Assembly: GCA_965242965.1 (NCBI GenBank)
Contig: OZ251518.1
Span: 5,504,001 to 5,568,000 of the forward strand
Length of the DNA: 64,000 nt
From: Candidatus Poribacteria bacterium
GTDB lineage: Bacteria; Poribacteria; WGA-4E; WGA-3G
Reading direction: 5' to 3'
In this document: positions 50,177-58,779 of the stretch, piece after piece
Layout of the letters: each line of letters begins with the position of its first letter
How positions within the stretch are numbered: the first letter of the stretch is position 1
Position numbers and translations under genes: made by a program
The notes under the pieces: generated by a model
Database searches by the model: none
What the model saw: only the letters and a program-made list of their open reading frames with translations
What the model was told of the DNA's origin: nothing

Positions 50177-50715
50177 GGCTCTAGTTTATCGAACGAATGC
50201 ACGATTTTTACCGTGTCCTGATAGTCGCCGATAAGGCTCCAATTTTCTGCAATCTGCGCGAGAACTTCTTCAGAATCAACGTAGGCGATGACGTGACGGA
50301 TGTGCCGCTGAAATTCTTCGGTTTCCATCTCCACCTCCGCAAACGGACAGAGGATATCCACGCCAAGCACCACTTGACTTCTATCCTCGTTGAACATCAG
50401 CGCGAACGGATAAAGTTGGCAATCCAACGGACGGATTGGATAGATAGTGCAGTGACTCGTATCCTCATCGAAAAAGGGACAGATGTAACCAGTCAGCGTG
50501 TTTTCCAAACGCGATGCCTCCAAGACAATCTGCGCGCTTTTTCCATCCTCCTGCGGCTGAAACTGCACCCTATCTGCACCTTGCAATATCACGCGTTCGC
50601 GTTCCGCTTCAGTGAAAATGGGGGCGAGGGGGCTGTCTGCCTCTAAAAACCGACAGCACACATCGCACGAGAAGCAGACTTCGTTCGGGATGATCTGGTG
50701 GAGTTGCGTTTTCAT
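50158..50715 (-). CDS. YkgJ family cysteine cluster protein
   Basis: CFSCDVCC, CPFF and CTIYPIRPLDCQLYPF motifs. Confidence 0.85.
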   Translation of the reverse strand: MKTQLHQIIPNEVCFSCDVCCRFLEADSPLAPIFTEAERERVILQGADRVQFQPQEDGKSAQIVLEASRLENTLTGYICPFFDEDTSHCTIYPIRPLDCQLYPFALMFNEDRSQVVLGVDILCPFAEVEMETEEFQRHIRHVIAYVDSEEVLAQIAENWSLIGDYQDTVKIVHSFDKLEPCNFGR

Positions 50716-51065
50716 CGAATTTGCAACGGGTCGAGGCCGAAACGATTCTTGCCGGTCGTGCCTTTGAAGAAGCCCAATTCAACGAAGGACCAAAAGATAC
50801 CGATAATTGGGACTAGGTTAATCAGAATCCACCACGCCGATTTGTCCCGGTCATGCCAGCGTTTGGCAGCCAACGCCAACTGCGCCCAGGCTATCACCAA
50901 CATAGTGAGAACATATTGCGGTCCATCAGAGAAGTCAGAATCAAGGGCTTTGGGGTCTACGATACCAACGATACCGTAGATAGCGACGATTAGCAGTTGC
51001 ATCAGCCAGAATGTTTTTCTGCTGATTCTGCCTTTAAACGAAAAACAGATTTGCACAAAACTCAT
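50712..51065 (-). CDS. DUF805 membrane protein
   Basis: FKGRISR, KRWHDRDKSAWW and NRFG motifs. Confidence 0.9.
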   Translation of the reverse strand: MSFVQICFSFKGRISRKTFWLMQLLIVAIYGIVGIVDPKALDSDFSDGPQYVLTMLVIAWAQLALAAKRWHDRDKSAWWILINLVPIIGIFWSFVELGFFKGTTGKNRFGLDPLQIR

Positions 51066-51107
51066 GCGAGTTTTCCTATAGTGTTAAGGGCGGCCAAGCC
51101 ACTCGGC

Positions 51108-52253
51108 TCAACTACCCAGAAATTTGCGGATAGCCGCAACTACCGTGTATGCATCATCTTCCGTTAAACCGGGATGGAGCGGCAGACTGACAACGCGTTC
51201 AAACGCCGCCTCGGCGTGGGGGAAATCCCCCTCGCGATAGCCATACTGCTCCTGATAAAAGCGGAAAAGGTGCAGCGGGATGTAGTGAACACTACACTCG
51301 ATGTTCGCGGCGCGCATCGCATCAATAAACGCATCGCGCTCACGTGAAAGGAGTTGGATGATGTAGAGATGCCACGCGTGCTCCCTCGGATTCTCCGGAG
51401 AAAACGGAGTTTGGATTTCGGGAAACTTCGCCAATTCTGTCTGATAGATTTGCGCGAAATGGTGACGGCGTTCGTGCTGTTTATCGAGTTTCATCAGTTG
51501 ACACAGCCCCATCGCCGCCTGAATGTCAGTCATGTTATATTTGTAGCCTTCGGTGGTGATGTCGTAACGCCAGATGCTGCGGCGTGATTGGCGCGCCCAT
51601 GCGTCTTTATCAATGCCGTGGAGGCGCATCGTGCGGAGCGGTTCGGCGAGCGCGTCGCTGTTCGTCGTTATCATGCCGCCTTCCGCCGTGGTCAAATTTT
51701 TATTTGCGTAGAAACTGAAGGCAGAAACGTCGCCGAGGGAACCGATGTAACGTTCCTTATATTCGGCGGGGATAGCGTGCGCTGCATCGTCGATTAAGAC
51801 GAGATTGTGTTTGCTGCAGAGGGCTTGCAGCGCGTCCATGTCACACGGCAGTCCAGCGATGTGAACCGGTAAAATCGCCTTCGTGCGCGCGGTTATCGCC
51901 GCTTCGATTTTAGCGATGTCCATGTTCAACGTGTGTTTATCCACATCAACGAAAACCGGCTTCGCGCCGACATACCGAATCGCCTCGGCGGTGGCGGTGA
52001 AAGTGTAAGGCGTGGTAATCACCTCATCGCCGCTGCCGATGTTTGTCGCGACGAGGCTGAGATGCAACGCGGCGGTGCAGGAACTGACGGCGATTGCGTG
52101 TTTAACCCCGATGTATTCGGCGAAGGCGCGTTCAAATTCGCGCACCTTAGCACCCGTGCTAATCCATTGAGATGCGAGCACTTCACTGACTGCCGCTATC
52201 TCGGTTTCGTCAATCCACGGCCGGCTGAAGGGTATAAAACGGTTTTTTGACAT
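51108..52253 (-). CDS. DegT/DnrJ/EryC1/StrS aminotransferase
   Basis: VSSCTAALH, DDAAHA and SFYANKNLTTAEGG motifs. Confidence 0.93.
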   Translation of the reverse strand: MSKNRFIPFSRPWIDETEIAAVSEVLASQWISTGAKVREFERAFAEYIGVKHAIAVSSCTAALHLSLVATNIGSGDEVITTPYTFTATAEAIRYVGAKPVFVDVDKHTLNMDIAKIEAAITARTKAILPVHIAGLPCDMDALQALCSKHNLVLIDDAAHAIPAEYKERYIGSLGDVSAFSFYANKNLTTAEGGMITTNSDALAEPLRTMRLHGIDKDAWARQSRRSIWRYDITTEGYKYNMTDIQAAMGLCQLMKLDKQHERRHHFAQIYQTELAKFPEIQTPFSPENPREHAWHLYIIQLLSRERDAFIDAMRAANIECSVHYIPLHLFRFYQEQYGYREGDFPHAEAAFERVVSLPLHPGLTEDDAYTVVAAIRKFLGS

Positions 52254-52318
52254 TTATGTTTGGCTGGTAAGGGTGGATGTTGTTCATATCCCCCGCGTTT
52301 TTGTCAAGACAGATGTTT

Positions 52319-52774
52319 CTATCTGCCCGATGCCTCCGTTTGCAAATGTTGGATCATCGCTTCCAGCGCGAGGAGGTAGCTGTGCGTGCCGAAACCGCCG
52401 ACTACGCCGAGGGCAACGGCGGAGATATAGGAATGGTGCCGGAATTCTTCGCGCGCGTAAATATTGGAGAGATGGATTTCGATGACAGGCACTGCGACGG
52501 TGGAAATTGCGTCTCGGATAGCGATGCTAGTGTGCGTATACGCCGCCGGGTTGATGAGGATGCCGTCTGTCCAATTGATATGCTCCCCGATGATGGTGAC
52601 GATTTCGCCTTCGTGGTTTGATTGGAAGATTTTCAGCACTACCTCGTGCGGCGAAGCGGCGGCGCGCCTGTCCAGCGCGGCGTTGATGTCTTCAAGCGTT
52701 TGATGCCCATAAATCTCCGGTTGGCGTTTGCCGAGGAGATGCAGATTGGGGCCGTGGATCACGAGAATGTTCAT
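52319..52774 (-). CDS. aroQ: type II 3-dehydroquinate dehydratase
   Basis: HGPNL, QSNHEG, NPAAYTHTS and EIHLSN..REEFRH motifs. Confidence 0.96.
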   Translation of the reverse strand: MNILVIHGPNLHLLGKRQPEIYGHQTLEDINAALDRRAAASPHEVVLKIFQSNHEGEIVTIIGEHINWTDGILINPAAYTHTSIAIRDAISTVAVPVIEIHLSNIYAREEFRHHSYISAVALGVVGGFGTHSYLLALEAMIQHLQTEASGR

Positions 52775-52793
52775 AAGTTCGTATTTCCGATCC

Positions 52794-53372
52794 TTAGAGC
52801 TTTTCAACGAGTTTCGTCAAAAGGTCTTTGATTTCGTCGTATCGTCCACGCAGTTGATGGAATCCGATTTTAAGTTCCTCAAGGATGCCGGCTTGGGTAG
52901 CGATTTCTCGCCGTTGTTCGCCGACTTCTTTCTGGAGTGCCGCGTTTTCCTCATGGAGGGTCGCGTTTTTCTCATGGAGGTCCGCGTTTCCCTCATGGAG
53001 GTCCGCGTTTTCCGCTTGAAGGACGTTGTATCGCCGGTCGGAGGTGCTTTGTAGTTCTCTATACCGGAGGTCTGCTGCCTGTCGATAGGCTTCAAATTCC
53101 TCTGTCTGCGCAGTGTGTGCCGCCTTTAAGGCCTCATGGTCTGCCTTCAGAGCCTCATGGGCTGTCCCCAGGGCCTCATGGTCTGCCTTCAGAGCCTCAT
53201 GGTCTGCCCTCATAGCCTCATGAGCTGCCTTCAGAGCCTCGTAGGCTAATTTTATAGCCTCACGTTCTCCGCTCACGCTTTTGCGGCGACGCAGCCAGGT
53301 TAACAGGGCCAATAGGGCGATGCTAATTATCCCGATATCAACAAGGGTAAAATTCACAAAACTAAATTCCAT
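52794..53372 (-). CDS. membrane-anchored coiled-coil protein with heptad (21-bp) repeats
   Basis: N-terminal TM segment. HEALKAD-type and ENADLHE-type repeats. AGGAG RBS. Confidence 0.7.
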   Translation of the reverse strand: MEFSFVNFTLVDIGIISIALLALLTWLRRRKSVSGEREAIKLAYEALKAAHEAMRADHEALKADHEALGTAHEALKADHEALKAAHTAQTEEFEAYRQAADLRYRELQSTSDRRYNVLQAENADLHEGNADLHEKNATLHEENAALQKEVGEQRREIATQAGILEELKIGFHQLRGRYDEIKDLLTKLVEKL

Positions 53373-53484
53373 GTTCTTCTCCTTTCCGAAAAGGAAAGCC
53401 AAATTTGGTGATGCTTTCCTCAACCTTTTCTTAATTATACACTTAATCACATTTCGTTGTCAACTTTTTTCTTAAATAAAAAAA

Positions 53485-53513
53485 TTGACAAACCGCGATT
53501 TTTGTGGTATAAT
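53485..53513 (+). promoter_or_regulatory. consensus sigma70 promoter
   Basis: TTGACA-N17-TATAAT. Confidence 0.8.
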
Positions 53514-53531
53514 TGATACTAACATTTATTT

Positions 53532-53928
53532 CAGGGTGTTTCATAACTCCGTTTCGGTAGTTATCCCCCCCTTGGGGAGCGAATCCCGATAGAAAAGCGA
53601 GGGGGAACGCATCGGACTACCTCTGTAGTTCGGGATCGTCCGATCCTGACCTACAGGGGTGAGGCGGTCTGACATCAAGACGCATGGCGAGAGAAACCCG
53701 CTCGCCTGCGCGTGTGGAAACCTATGAGGGCCCTCGCCCTACGGTGCAAAGGTCAGAGGTACCGTAGTGCGGGGGCCTGTCCCCCGCGATCGCAGCATGG
53801 CGAGGGACAGGCCCTCGCCCTACGGTGAAGGTGACCGTTTTTTTCATCGTAGCGCGGGGCCCTCGGATGCCACACGCGCATCCGAGCGGGGTTCCTCCGC
53901 GACGTTGAGCGATTTATGAAACACCCTC
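53532..53928. mobile_element. MITE copy 6
   Basis: CAGGGTGTTTCATAA...TTATGAAACACCCTC flanked by a ~20-bp direct repeat AATT(G)ATACTAACATTTATT. Confidence 0.88.
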
Positions 53929-53995
53929 AATTATACTAACATTTATTCCAAACTCGTTTTTTGGACGAGAGATTATTGCATAACTTTGTGTTTTT

Positions 53996-54014
53996 GAAAA
54001 TGAGACTCAATATC
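53996..54014 (+). promoter_or_regulatory. putative Fur box
   Basis: GAAAATGAGACTCAATATC matches GATAATGATAATCATTATC at 15/19 positions. Confidence 0.6.
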
Positions 54015-55037
54015 ATGATAACATTAAGAATCGCTGTCGCGCTGTGGCTCTGCATCGGTGCGGCGCATGTGGATGCCGCCACGCGGGAATACTGGCTCGC
54101 CGCGGAGAAGGTTGAATGGAACTACGCGCCTAGCGGACAGAATCTCATCCGACCGGCGATGGGGCTCGGCGTGTGGGGGAAGGCACTCGTCTATCAGAAA
54201 TATCGCTACGTTCAGTATACCGATGCCACCTACACCACGCGGGTTGAGCAGCCGGTGTGGATGGGCATTCTCGGCCCGCAGTTGCGCGCCGTGGAAGGCG
54301 ATAGTATCAAGGTGCATTTCCGCAACAACGCCGATAAACCGCTAAGCATCCACGTCCATGGGTTGCAATACGACGAAGCGAACGAAGGCGCAGATATGAA
54401 GGGCATCGGTGCCGCTGTGCCACCGGGCAGCACCTTCACCTACCACTGGGAAGCGAATAGCGATGCCGCACCAGGTCCCGCTGATGCGTCCTCTATTGTC
54501 TGGCTTTATCACTCGCATGTTGATGCCGTAACAGAGGTATACGATGGCTTAATCGGGACGATCGTCGTCACTAAAAAGGGAATGGAACGCTCTGGGGTAG
54601 ATGCGCGCCCAAAAGATGTTGACAAGGCGTTTACGACGCTCTTCTTTATTTTTAACGAAAACGAAAGAGAGATTGTCAAAAGTGGACAACGCGCCGAATA
54701 TGAATCTCCCGAAGAGGAGGAAGAAGGGAATCTCAAACACGCGATTAACGGGTTCATCTTCGGAAACCTTCGTGGATTGGAAGTTGTACAAGGAGAACGG
54801 GTGCGCTGGCATCTCATCGGTTTAGGCACCGAAGTGGACATGCACACGGCGCATTGGCACGGCCAGACTATCCTCAACGCCGGCAGACGCACCGACGTGG
54901 TGGAACTTCTCCCCGGCACCATGATTACCGTCGATATGATTGCCAAAACGCCGGGAAATTGGCTCTATCACTGCCACGTAGCAGACCACATTACCGCGGG
55001 GATGTCAACGCGCTGGAAAGTCGTGCCGAAACCGTAG
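54015..55037 (+). CDS. secreted two-domain multicopper oxidase, ceruloplasmin/hephaestin-like
   Basis: SIHVHG, WLYHSH, HTAHWHG and WLYHCHVADHITAGM motifs, plus a signal peptide. Confidence 0.9.
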   Translation: MITLRIAVALWLCIGAAHVDAATREYWLAAEKVEWNYAPSGQNLIRPAMGLGVWGKALVYQKYRYVQYTDATYTTRVEQPVWMGILGPQLRAVEGDSIKVHFRNNADKPLSIHVHGLQYDEANEGADMKGIGAAVPPGSTFTYHWEANSDAAPGPADASSIVWLYHSHVDAVTEVYDGLIGTIVVTKKGMERSGVDARPKDVDKAFTTLFFIFNENEREIVKSGQRAEYESPEEEEEGNLKHAINGFIFGNLRGLEVVQGERVRWHLIGLGTEVDMHTAHWHGQTILNAGRRTDVVELLPGTMITVDMIAKTPGNWLYHCHVADHITAGMSTRWKVVPKP

Positions 55038-55066
55038 CCGAACTTTTTGGCGATGTCCTTGTCAAA

Positions 55067-55330
55067 ATAGGAGAGCCCTCCTGGGCTCGATTTCTTTCGG
55101 TAGGAGAGCCCTCTGTAGTTTGTGATTGCCTGATCACAAACGGGTCAAGATCGGCGATCCTGACTTATAGGGCCTGTCCCCCGCGAGCGTTGGATGACGC
55201 GAGCACTGGCGAGGGACAGGCCCTCGCCCTACGGTGAGGGGGCGGCGTTTTTTCCCGTAGCGCGGGGGCCTGTCCCCCGCGATCGTTGGATTGCGCGGAC
55301 GATGGCGAGGGACAGCCCTCGCCCTACGAT
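55067..55330. repeat. REP cluster
   Basis: Several GTAG hairpin types. Confidence 0.85.
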
Positions 55331-55392
55331 GAAGGGGGCTTTCTGCCGCCGAAGGCATTGATATATGAAATAAAATAAAAGGAGATACATTC

Positions 55393-56397
55393 ATGTTTAA
55401 ACACGCATTAACCTATGTTTTAACCGCGCTGCTCTTATTTCCTATCATCGGAAATGGAGAGGCAGCAGACGAACTCATCCTCTATTCCGGCCGGAGCAAA
55501 AGCCTCGTTGAACCGATTATCCAGCAGTTTGAGCAGGAAACCGGGGTTACGGTGAAGGTGAGTTACGGCAACACCACGCAACTCGCCGCCGCCCTCATGA
55601 CTGAGGGGGAGAAGAGTCCCGCCGCGCTGTTTTGGGCACAGGATGCCGGCGCGCTCGGTGCTGTCAGCAAAAAAGGACTCTTTGCTAAGTTGCCCGATAC
55701 CGTCCAAGCGAAAGTGCCGGCGAATTTCCGCGATGCCGACGGCTTCTGGGTAGCGACAAGCGGCAGGGCTCGCGTTCTCGCCTATAGCCCGGAACGCATC
55801 ACTACCGAACAACTTCCCGAAAGTGTGTTTGCGTTAACGCAACCGATGTGGGAAGACAAAGTCGGGTGGGCACCGCGCAACGCCTCGTTCCAGGCATTTG
55901 TCACTGCGATGCGGATGCAAGTCGGTGAAGAACGGACAGAAGAATGGCTCCGCGGGATGAAGGCGAACGGCGCGAAAACTTACGCGAAAAACACGCCGAT
56001 TATTGAAGCACTCGCTGCCGGGGAGATCGACCTCGGGCTGCCGAACCACTATTATCTGCTCCGTTTCAAAAAGAGCAATGCCAAGTTCCCGGTCGCGCAA
56101 ACCTTCTTTAAGGCGAATGACCCGGGCAATCTCGTCAACATCGCCGGCATCGGCATGCTAAAAAGTAGCGAAAATCAGGAAACCGCGCTGAAATTCGTGG
56201 CGTTCCTGCTTTCGGCGAAGGCGCAGCAGTTTTTCGTCAGCGAGGTGTTTGAATACCCGGTAACCGAGGGGGTGATCCCGAATGCGAATTTAGTGCCGTT
56301 ATCGGAGCTGCTCAAACTCGTGCCGACGTTCAATCTGAATGAGATGGCAGACCTTGAGGGGACGCTTGCCTTGTTGCGGAAAGTCGGCATTCTATAG
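55393..56397 (+). CDS. Fe3+ ABC transporter substrate-binding protein (FbpA/FutA family)
   Basis: LYSGR, EGEKSPA, GRARV, NHYY (iron-binding Tyr pair) and FEYP motifs. Confidence 0.9.
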   Translation: MFKHALTYVLTALLLFPIIGNGEAADELILYSGRSKSLVEPIIQQFEQETGVTVKVSYGNTTQLAAALMTEGEKSPAALFWAQDAGALGAVSKKGLFAKLPDTVQAKVPANFRDADGFWVATSGRARVLAYSPERITTEQLPESVFALTQPMWEDKVGWAPRNASFQAFVTAMRMQVGEERTEEWLRGMKANGAKTYAKNTPIIEALAAGEIDLGLPNHYYLLRFKKSNAKFPVAQTFFKANDPGNLVNIAGIGMLKSSENQETALKFVAFLLSAKAQQFFVSEVFEYPVTEGVIPNANLVPLSELLKLVPTFNLNEMADLEGTLALLRKVGIL

Positions 56398-56423
56398 TAG
56401 GATAGACGCAAGGATAGGCATCG

Positions 56424-57151
56424 GAGGCGCGGTTTTCAACCGCGCCCTCTTGGTAGGAGAGACCTCCTGGTCTCGATGCAGTTATTTGCGATGGGCGATC
56501 GCAAACTACATAGCCCCCGCGCTACGGAGGAAAAACGCCACCTCACCGTAGGGCGAGGGCCTGTCCCTCGCCATGCCTCGCGTCATCCAACGCTCGCGGG
56601 GGACAGGCCCCCGCGCTACGGGGAAAAAACGTCTCTTAGGTCCGTAGGACCTTAATGTCTATAGCACGCGCGCCTGCGAAGAAGGCTAAGGTCCTTTAGG
56701 TCCTTAATAGCCTTTGAGATGCCACGTGTTTTTTATTAAGGACCTAAAGGACCTTGCCGTGGGACCGGCACGTTTTTCTATAGACATGTAGGTCCTAAAG
56801 GACCTAAAACGCCCCGCTTGACGATGGAGCTCGCGGGGGACAGGCCCCCGCGCTACGGGGGAAAAACGCCCCCCCCTCACCGTAGGGCGAGGGCCTGTCC
56901 CTCGCCATCGTTCATGCACCAGACCTCCTCTCCTTCTGTAGTTCAGGATCGCCTGATCCTGACCCGTTTGTGATCAGGCGATCACAAACTACAGTGGGGA
57001 GACACACATCGTGACGAGGGCGTTCGCGGGGGCCTGTCCCCCGCGCTACGATGAAAAGATGGAGCTCGCGGGGGACAGGCCCCCGCGCTACGGGAACATC
57101 GAGACCGGGAGGTCTCTCCTACGGGTGTGCATCGAGATATGAAACACCCTG
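56424..57151. repeat. composite repeat block between the binding-protein and permease genes
   Basis: REP hairpins, AGGTCC palindrome at 56638-56805 and a MITE-like end TATGAAACACCCTG. Confidence 0.85.
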
Positions 57152-57180
57152 ATATAAATCTTGTATAGGTGAGGTAGGAC

Positions 57181-58779
57181 ATCAAACCGCTAAAATGGGT
57201 TGGTTTTCCTGTCGGAATCCACCGATATTTTTTCATTACCGCAATCGTCGTCGGTATTGGCGGACTGATGCCGCTCGGCCATCTGTTCGCTAAAGCCTTC
57301 TCCGCGGAAGCCGAGATGCTTTCCGGCATCGTCTTCCGCTGGAGAAACGCGCAGTTTTTCTGCAATACCTTGCTGCTAGCCATCGGTGTGCTAACACTTG
57401 ATATCTTGCTAGCAACGCCCGCGGCGTGGTTGACGAGCCGGACGCATCTTCGCGGCAGACGTTTTTGGACGGTACTGTGCGTCTTGCCTCTCGCCATTCC
57501 CGGATACGTGATGGCGTATGCACTGCTAGCACTCGGCGGCAACAACGGCATTGTCACGCAACTTTTCCCGTTCCTCGCGCGCTTCCCGCGCCTCAGCGGC
57601 TATTGGGGCGCGCTCCTCGCGCTCAGTGCCTACACGAGCCCCTACCTCTTTCTAAATCTGCGCAGCGCGCTGTTAGGACTTGACCCGAGTTTGGAGGAAT
57701 CCGCGCGCAGCCTCGGCTATCGGTATCGCGAAGTTTTCTTCCACGTTATCCTCCCACAACTTCGTCCCGCCTTTTATGCAAGCGGATTGCTCATCAGTTT
57801 GCATGTCCTCGGCGACTTCGGCGTTGTGTCGCTGATGCGTTATGAAACCTTCAGTTACGCGCTCTACACCGAATACCTGCTATCGTTTGAGCATATTTCC
57901 GCGGCATGGCTTGCGCTGATGCTCCTCGCTTTCACCGCCAGCCTGCTCTATCTTGAAGCGCGCCTGCTCAAACGGATGACACTGCACCGCGCTGGACGTG
58001 GTGCAGCACGCCACCTATCGCTTGTGCCGCTCGGCGGAAGGGGACGCGCCATCGCCTATTTCTTCCTCATCTGCTTAACCTTCGTCACCGTCGCTGTGCC
58101 TGTCGGAAGCGTTCTCTTCTGGATGGTAAAAGGTGGCGGAGAGATAAACGCAGGTCTCGTCAAAGGACTCATCGGTTCGCTGTCCGTTGCAATTCCGACA
58201 GGGGTTTTCTGCGCGTTTCTCGCGGTGCCGTTCGTTTATGTGAGCGTCCGCTATCCATCGCGCGTCTCCGATGCGTTAGGGCGCGCCGCTTACATCGTCT
58301 ATGCGATTCCGCCGCTGGCATTCGCGCTCTCGCTCATCTTTTTCGTCCTGCACAGCGTGCCGTTTATCTATAAGACGTTGCCGGTGCTTATCTACGCGTG
58401 CACCTTACACTTCTTAGCCGAGGCAATCGGACCGGTGCGGAGTTCGCTTTATCAGGCTTCGCCGCATTTAGAAGAAGCCGCTCGCTCACTCGGATATTCG
58501 CCGATGCAGGCGTTTTTCAGAGCCCTCTTCCCGCTTCTCGTCCGCGGCATGCTCACCGCGGCTGCCCTCGTTTTCCTCGCGACGATGAAGGAATTGCCGT
58601 TAACCTTTCTTTTATCACCGGCGGGTTATGAGACACTAGCATTGAATGTCTGGAGTTATACGACGGAGGCGATGTTTGCGGAGGGGGCCCCTTATGCACT
58701 GGCGATTTTGCTCATATCGGGGGTGTTTGTGTCCCTGGTCATTCGTGAGGGAAGGGGAGTGACGGCTACGGAACCGTAG
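57181..58779 (+). CDS. Fe3+ ABC transporter permease (FbpB family)
   Basis: Two EAA motifs (LEESARSLG, LEEAARSLG), PLAIPGYV and MKELP. The frame is open from an ATC at 57181; the first ATG is at 57268. Confidence 0.88.
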   Translation: MKPLKWVGFPVGIHRYFFITAIVVGIGGLMPLGHLFAKAFSAEAEMLSGIVFRWRNAQFFCNTLLLAIGVLTLDILLATPAAWLTSRTHLRGRRFWTVLCVLPLAIPGYVMAYALLALGGNNGIVTQLFPFLARFPRLSGYWGALLALSAYTSPYLFLNLRSALLGLDPSLEESARSLGYRYREVFFHVILPQLRPAFYASGLLISLHVLGDFGVVSLMRYETFSYALYTEYLLSFEHISAAWLALMLLAFTASLLYLEARLLKRMTLHRAGRGAARHLSLVPLGGRGRAIAYFFLICLTFVTVAVPVGSVLFWMVKGGGEINAGLVKGLIGSLSVAIPTGVFCAFLAVPFVYVSVRYPSRVSDALGRAAYIVYAIPPLAFALSLIFFVLHSVPFIYKTLPVLIYACTLHFLAEAIGPVRSSLYQASPHLEEAARSLGYSPMQAFFRALFPLLVRGMLTAAALVFLATMKELPLTFLLSPAGYETLALNVWSYTTEAMFAEGAPYALAILLISGVFVSLVIREGRGVTATEP

